A DNA stretch of 39,542 nucleotides, from the NCBI GenBank assembly GCA_964373165.1, contig CAYJTF010000002.1, positions 17,162-56,703 on the forward strand, written 5' to 3'. Below, piece by piece: positions 35,842-39,542 of the stretch. Below the pieces are notes generated by a model that was not told the origin of the DNA, did not search any database, and was given only the letters and a program-made list of their open reading frames with translations. The DNA is from an uncultured archaeon (GTDB lineage: Archaea; Aenigmatarchaeota; Aenigmatarchaeia; CG10238-14). The translations under genes were made by a program, and so were the position numbers. The stretch's first letter is position 1, and the number at the start of each line of letters is the position of its first letter.

Positions 35842-36252
35842 TTGGAAAATTATAAGTTATATTTGATGGTAAACGAAATTAGTAAATTTCTTGGATTAAT
35901 TTCAAAGTACATAGGCATAGATAAAGTATTGCTAACACCTATAAACTTCTTTAAAGCGTTATTAATCCCGTTTTTTATTTGGTGGTATGCCATCTATGAA
36001 TTTTTAAATGAAATGAGATTTTTTGGTGGCAGTGTGGTGAGTATAATACTAGCATCGCTATTATCTGTATTGGCCATAAAATCCTTCTCCTTTTTAGCTA
36101 CATGGACATGGCTGAGCGCTTTAGCTCCCCTCGGATATTTATTATTTATGAGATTTAGAATGAATTTGATTTTGGTTTTAGTGATTATGGGCGCTTATTT
36201 TTTATTCAATCTCGTGGCTATAGACTTTATAGCAGAGATAATTTTTAAGTAA
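35842..36252 (+). CDS. Small membrane protein, array member 1 (alternative ATG at 35866)
   Basis: 136 aa, about 4 TM. Contains LLIPFFIWWYAIYEFLNEMRFF, related to the module in members 2 and 3. Confidence 0.45.
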   Translation: MENYKLYLMVNEISKFLGLISKYIGIDKVLLTPINFFKALLIPFFIWWYAIYEFLNEMRFFGGSVVSIILASLLSVLAIKSFSFLATWTWLSALAPLGYLLFMRFRMNLILVLVIMGAYFLFNLVAIDFIAEIIFK

Positions 36253-36305
36253 CAAATTATCCTAGGTTTATTTATTTGAAATACTAAAAATAAAAAAGAT
36301 AGGAT

Positions 36306-37061
36306 ATGGCATACTCTGCAAATGTTATACGCGCTCTTATGGGCATTAAGAAACTGACCCCATTTATAGTGATTATTTTAATAGCGATTATAAGTTTTTT
36401 GTCTTTTATTGGCCCACTTGTTTTGTATATACCATCGAATAGTTTACAAAAAGTAAAAATACCACAACCAGTTTACAGTATTATGGCAGTTATGGGATTC
36501 CCGAAAGAGTGGTTGTTTTTTCCAGCTATTATTTATACCGGTATAGTACCTTTCTTAATTTTATCTGTTTCCATATATGGGGTTTTAAACGATATCGTGA
36601 AACTTTTCAATGAAAAACTAAACATGATTTTAGCATTCTTAATCCCAATTACAATAATTCCGCTTGGGTTTTTTACCCGAATAGTTTCTTATGTTCTTTC
36701 GACATGGACAATATTTTGGTTTGGTACAATGGCGGTCATACTATTTTTGAATGTGATTATTCATTTCTGGGGCAGAATGAGCGGATTTGGTTTTATGGAA
36801 GAACTTGAAGATAATTTAAATAAAGAAAAATTAGAGGTTGAACTTATACAACTACAGAATGAAGTTACCCAAATAATCGCTACAGCTCGGTCGGCTGCTC
36901 GTGCTAGTGGAGATCAAGAACTTGCTAAAAGCGTAGTTAGAGCCCTTGGAAAATTTAATGCTGCTAATACTGTTGGACTTATTTATGCCGAAAAACAGAA
37001 TATTTTAGATCTCAAAAGAGCGATCAGTCTTCTGAAGGAAGCTAGAGGAGAACTGGGATAA
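36306..37061 (+). CDS. Membrane protein, array member 2, with C-terminal soluble coiled-coil tail
   Basis: 251 aa. Module GIVPFLILSVSIYGVLNDIVKLFNEKLNMILAFLIP. C-terminal EELEDNLNKEKLEVELIQLQNE... Confidence 0.5.
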   Translation: MAYSANVIRALMGIKKLTPFIVIILIAIISFLSFIGPLVLYIPSNSLQKVKIPQPVYSIMAVMGFPKEWLFFPAIIYTGIVPFLILSVSIYGVLNDIVKLFNEKLNMILAFLIPITIIPLGFFTRIVSYVLSTWTIFWFGTMAVILFLNVIIHFWGRMSGFGFMEELEDNLNKEKLEVELIQLQNEVTQIIATARSAARASGDQELAKSVVRALGKFNAANTVGLIYAEKQNILDLKRAISLLKEARGELG

Positions 37062-37378
37062 TGCCAATACTAGACTATCCGACTAATAGCATACTTTTTG
37101 GATTAATTGTACCTTTCTTAATATCGTTCACTATATTTTTTGGAGTCTTATCCATAGTAAAAATTTTTGATAAAAAGATTAATTCGGTATTATCAATTAT
37201 AATATCATTATTTGTATTAAATTCCGGTTATTATGATAGGGTGATAGCGGTTGTGGGAACAGGTAATATGCTGATACTTTTTGCTCTCATAGTCATAATA
37301 ACTGTTCTAATCTTAAAGAATGTTAAAAACAGATTCTTCCCATCAGGTACTTCTATATCTTATTTTAGAGGTGTCTAA
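37061..37378 (+). CDS. Small membrane protein, array member 3
   Basis: 105 aa. Module GLIVPFLISFTIFFGVLSIVKIFDKKINSVLSIIISL. A 14-nt DNA identity (gtacctttcttaat) with member 2. The start overlaps member 2's stop (TAATG). Confidence 0.5.
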   Translation: MPILDYPTNSILFGLIVPFLISFTIFFGVLSIVKIFDKKINSVLSIIISLFVLNSGYYDRVIAVVGTGNMLILFALIVIITVLILKNVKNRFFPSGTSISYFRGV

Positions 37379-37837
37379 ATGGCTATACCGGTATTAAGCA
37401 ATATTTTATCTCTTCCTCAGATTCCATACATTTCTTTTATTTTGATTATTTTTAGTCTGTTAAATTTCCTTAGGATTTTAGGTAAGCTCTTTAATTTCAT
37501 TGCTGCCATCGCGCTGACATTTGTTATATTCAAATTCGGGATATATTCACAATACCTTTCAGTAATACCACCTTCATTTCTCCCGTTCTTAGGATTAGGT
37601 CTTCTCGTAGTTTCAATATTTTCAGGAACAAAAAAGAAGCCGCAATTAGGACCGATAGGGCAAACGCCAGTTCAATTTGGGGAACTGACTAGACTGATGA
37701 ACGATGAAAAAAAATTGGAAAGAAGGTATTACTGGTTTTTAAGCAAAGGATGGTCTTTCCCCGCTTATATGACTCAAAGGAAATTATTAGGGATCAGGAG
37801 CAGAATAGAAAAATTAAGAAGAGGAATAGGCAAGTAA
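37379..37837 (+). CDS. Small membrane protein, array member 4, with basic C-terminal tail
   Basis: 152 aa. The ATG directly follows member 3's TAA, with GAGGTG 5 nt upstream. Weaker copy of the module (ISFILIIFSLLNFLRILGKLFNFIAAIAL). Confidence 0.5.
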   Translation: MAIPVLSNILSLPQIPYISFILIIFSLLNFLRILGKLFNFIAAIALTFVIFKFGIYSQYLSVIPPSFLPFLGLGLLVVSIFSGTKKKPQLGPIGQTPVQFGELTRLMNDEKKLERRYYWFLSKGWSFPAYMTQRKLLGIRSRIEKLRRGIGK

Positions 37838-37845
37838 TTGTTAAT

Positions 37846-38463
37846 TCAAACTAGTTTTAATGGCCTGACAGGATGCACATCTCCTTTACCTATATATCCA
37901 GGAACACCCAACACTTTTTCGTCCTCATACAATTCTCTTACATAATCTCTATTATACTCTCTTGCTTTTCTAGAAATCCTCCAAACATCATAAATCAGAG
38001 CGCCTGTGGCTGCTAAAGTTTTTTCTGGTATTACGCTAGCAACAGTATCTATACCAGGAATTTCCGTTAAAAATTGATATAATCTAAGGAATCCGCTTAG
38101 ATTGGGATGATAAATATTCATCGTTTCGTGATATGCCTTTTCTGCCGGTGCTAGAATAACCCTCTCAATTAAAAATCCGAGTATTTCTACGGGAAGAAGT
38201 CCAGCACCTCCAGTAGGTGTGCCAATAGCCACACTTAATGCATCTTCTAATTTTTCCCACACCGCATCGCCAAAGTCTGCTACAAGCCCATAGGCAACTG
38301 CATTAATATCTTTACCTAGTCTATAAACCATCTCCTTTTTTACATTAGGATACCTGATTGCAACTCCAGCAACATCAGGATTATATCTAGACAAAACTTC
38401 TAACAAGTATTCAGCTACTTTATAACTAGGTTCAACATGAGTTTTTACAGGTTCTTTTACCAT
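37846..38463 (-). CDS. Hypothetical protein (orphan, G+C-richer)
   Basis: ORF only. I prefer ATG 38463 (MVKEPVKTH...) because the track's first 20 codons are AT-rich promoter-like DNA. No motif recognised. Confidence 0.4.
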   Translation of the reverse strand: MVKEPVKTHVEPSYKVAEYLLEVLSRYNPDVAGVAIRYPNVKKEMVYRLGKDINAVAYGLVADFGDAVWEKLEDALSVAIGTPTGGAGLLPVEILGFLIERVILAPAEKAYHETMNIYHPNLSGFLRLYQFLTEIPGIDTVASVIPEKTLAATGALIYDVWRISRKAREYNRDYVRELYEDEKVLGVPGYIGKGDVHPVRPLKLV

Positions 38464-38503
38464 AACATAAATATAAATTATCGGAAATATAAAATATATA
38501 GTA
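38464..38503. promoter_or_regulatory. 40-bp divergent promoter region with TATA-like boxes on both strands
   Basis: aacataaatataaattatcggaaatataaaatatatagta lies between the two divergent ATGs. TATA-like elements sit about 25-30 nt from each start, which suggests leaderless transcripts. Confidence 0.35.
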
Positions 38504-38944
38504 ATGAAAGTAAAAGATTGCAATATTGATGATGAACATCAGATAGTGAATGCTGATGAAAATCTTTTATCGGTTAAAAATAGATACTGCCATATTCTGC
38601 TTGTAGTAAAAGACAAGAAGCCTGTTGGAATAGTAACGAATAATGATTTAGTGAAAAAAATAAAAAACGAAACAGACTATACAAAATTAAAATTCAAGGA
38701 TATAATGTCTAGCCCTGTAGTTACTGTAAGAGAGAGTGATGATCTCGATAAGGCTGGGAGATTTATGTATGAAAAAGGATTTATGTCTCTTCCAGTCGTG
38801 GATAATAAAAATAATTTAGTAGGGCTACTGACTTATTTTGATTATTTGGGAAAAATTGGAGAAAAAATAAGAAATTTTAAAAAAATGAGCGAGTCAAAAC
38901 CAAAACAGAAATCAAAATCGAAGAAACGAAAAACTAAGAAATAA
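38504..38944 (+). CDS. CBS-domain pair protein with Lys-rich C-terminal tail
   Basis: KPVGIVTNNDLVKKI and FKDIMSSPVVTVRESDDLDKAGRFMYEKGFMSLPVVDNKNNLVGLLTYFDYL. Tail KPKQKSKSKKRKTKK. Confidence 0.8.
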   Translation: MKVKDCNIDDEHQIVNADENLLSVKNRYCHILLVVKDKKPVGIVTNNDLVKKIKNETDYTKLKFKDIMSSPVVTVRESDDLDKAGRFMYEKGFMSLPVVDNKNNLVGLLTYFDYLGKIGEKIRNFKKMSESKPKQKSKSKKRKTKK

Positions 38945-39081
38945 ATTAGTTCCATTTTATCTTATCTTATTTTATTATTGAATAACTTCTCAACTTTTTT
39001 TGAACAACTTTACTCACAATCCCCCAGATATTGATGCTCTTAGAATGTGCAAGATGAAGAAATAAAAATTTATTTTCTGAA

Positions 39082-39495
39082 CTAAGCTGTAGCTGTTGCG
39101 TAGGCAGTAGCTTGTCCTCTGTTATATTGTCTTAGATCTAGTATTGAGTTAGCTGTTCTTAGTAAGCAACCATAAGCAAGTCTAAAATCATCACCCGTTT
39201 GAGGTTTTTTTTCTAACGAATGTACTAAAGCTTCATACATTAGGGCAGTAGAAATTAATAAACCACCAAACGTATTTAATCTTATATCATCACCATCGCC
39301 ATGTCTTCTAGCAGTTTCTAATGTTGCTCTGTAGAGATTCCCTTCGCCTAATATCTCATTTCTGTATACATTTATCATTCTTCCTCTAATTCCATCATTT
39401 AAAAACCAAAGACCAGGTGTGTATTTTATACTATTTAATCCTCTTAACGCTAATTTTCTCCATAAACTTAATTGTCCAGTTTTTTCATCTGCCAT
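39082..39495 (-). CDS. Hypothetical protein (orphan, G+C-richer)
   Basis: 137-aa ORF with TATA-like elements upstream (39500-39535). No motif recognised. Confidence 0.35.
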   Translation of the reverse strand: MADEKTGQLSLWRKLALRGLNSIKYTPGLWFLNDGIRGRMINVYRNEILGEGNLYRATLETARRHGDGDDIRLNTFGGLLISTALMYEALVHSLEKKPQTGDDFRLAYGCLLRTANSILDLRQYNRGQATAYATATA

Positions 39496-39542
39496 AGTGC
39501 TTTATATGCAATAAAAGGTATTTAAAGCTATCTAGAGTTCTT

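Noticed and set aside
1-39542. Search for CRISPR arrays, transposases or integrases, rRNA genes, reverse transcriptases (DGR or retron) and toxin-antitoxin pairs
   Set aside because: I recognised none by eye on either strand. There are no long direct or inverted repeats bounding a segment, no DDE, tyrosine or serine recombinase motifs, and no RT YxDD motif. A systematic repeat or HMM scan was not possible here.

Overview
AT-rich (visibly about 30% G+C, not computed), very gene-dense archaeal window. It probably comes from a small-genome DPANN-type archaeon. Archaeal markers: diphthamide genes (dph5, dph2), deoxyhypusine synthase, RNA polymerase subunit L/Rpo11, SMC-ScpA, two tRNA genes with bulge-helix-bulge (BHB) introns, and a roughly 278-nt G+C-rich structured RNA that I read as SRP (7S) RNA. 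Housekeeping content: CysRS, ArgRS, a Trm5-family methyltransferase, a class I/II aminotransferase, ADP-forming acetyl-CoA synthetase alpha, a DRG-like GTPase, two tandem Nudix hydrolases, an MFS transporter, a rhomboid protease, an M50 protease and a patatin-like lipase. Many genes are translationally coupled (ATGA overlaps at 478-481 and 19560-19563; TAATG at 37059-37063). I found no CRISPR array, transposase, integrase or rRNA. Points worth a second look: (1) a tightly coupled four-gene array of paralogous small membrane proteins with no recognisable family (35842-37837), flanked by G+C-richer orphan genes; (2) a CofD/YvcK-like gene whose conserved N-terminus has no ATG/GTG/TTG start and lies in frame, across a single TAA, with an unannotated zinc-ribbon ORF; (3) an ArgRS N-terminal domain that also lacks a canonical start, with an ATA codon at the expected start in both cases; (4) two tRNA genes that each appear to carry two insertions or introns; (5) a half-length-arm SMC in an smc-scpA-SPFH operon; (6) a small thiol/metal operon (Cys/His mini-ORF, glutaredoxin, GDCCVxC-type protein). 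All functional calls come from motif recognition by eye. No database search was run.
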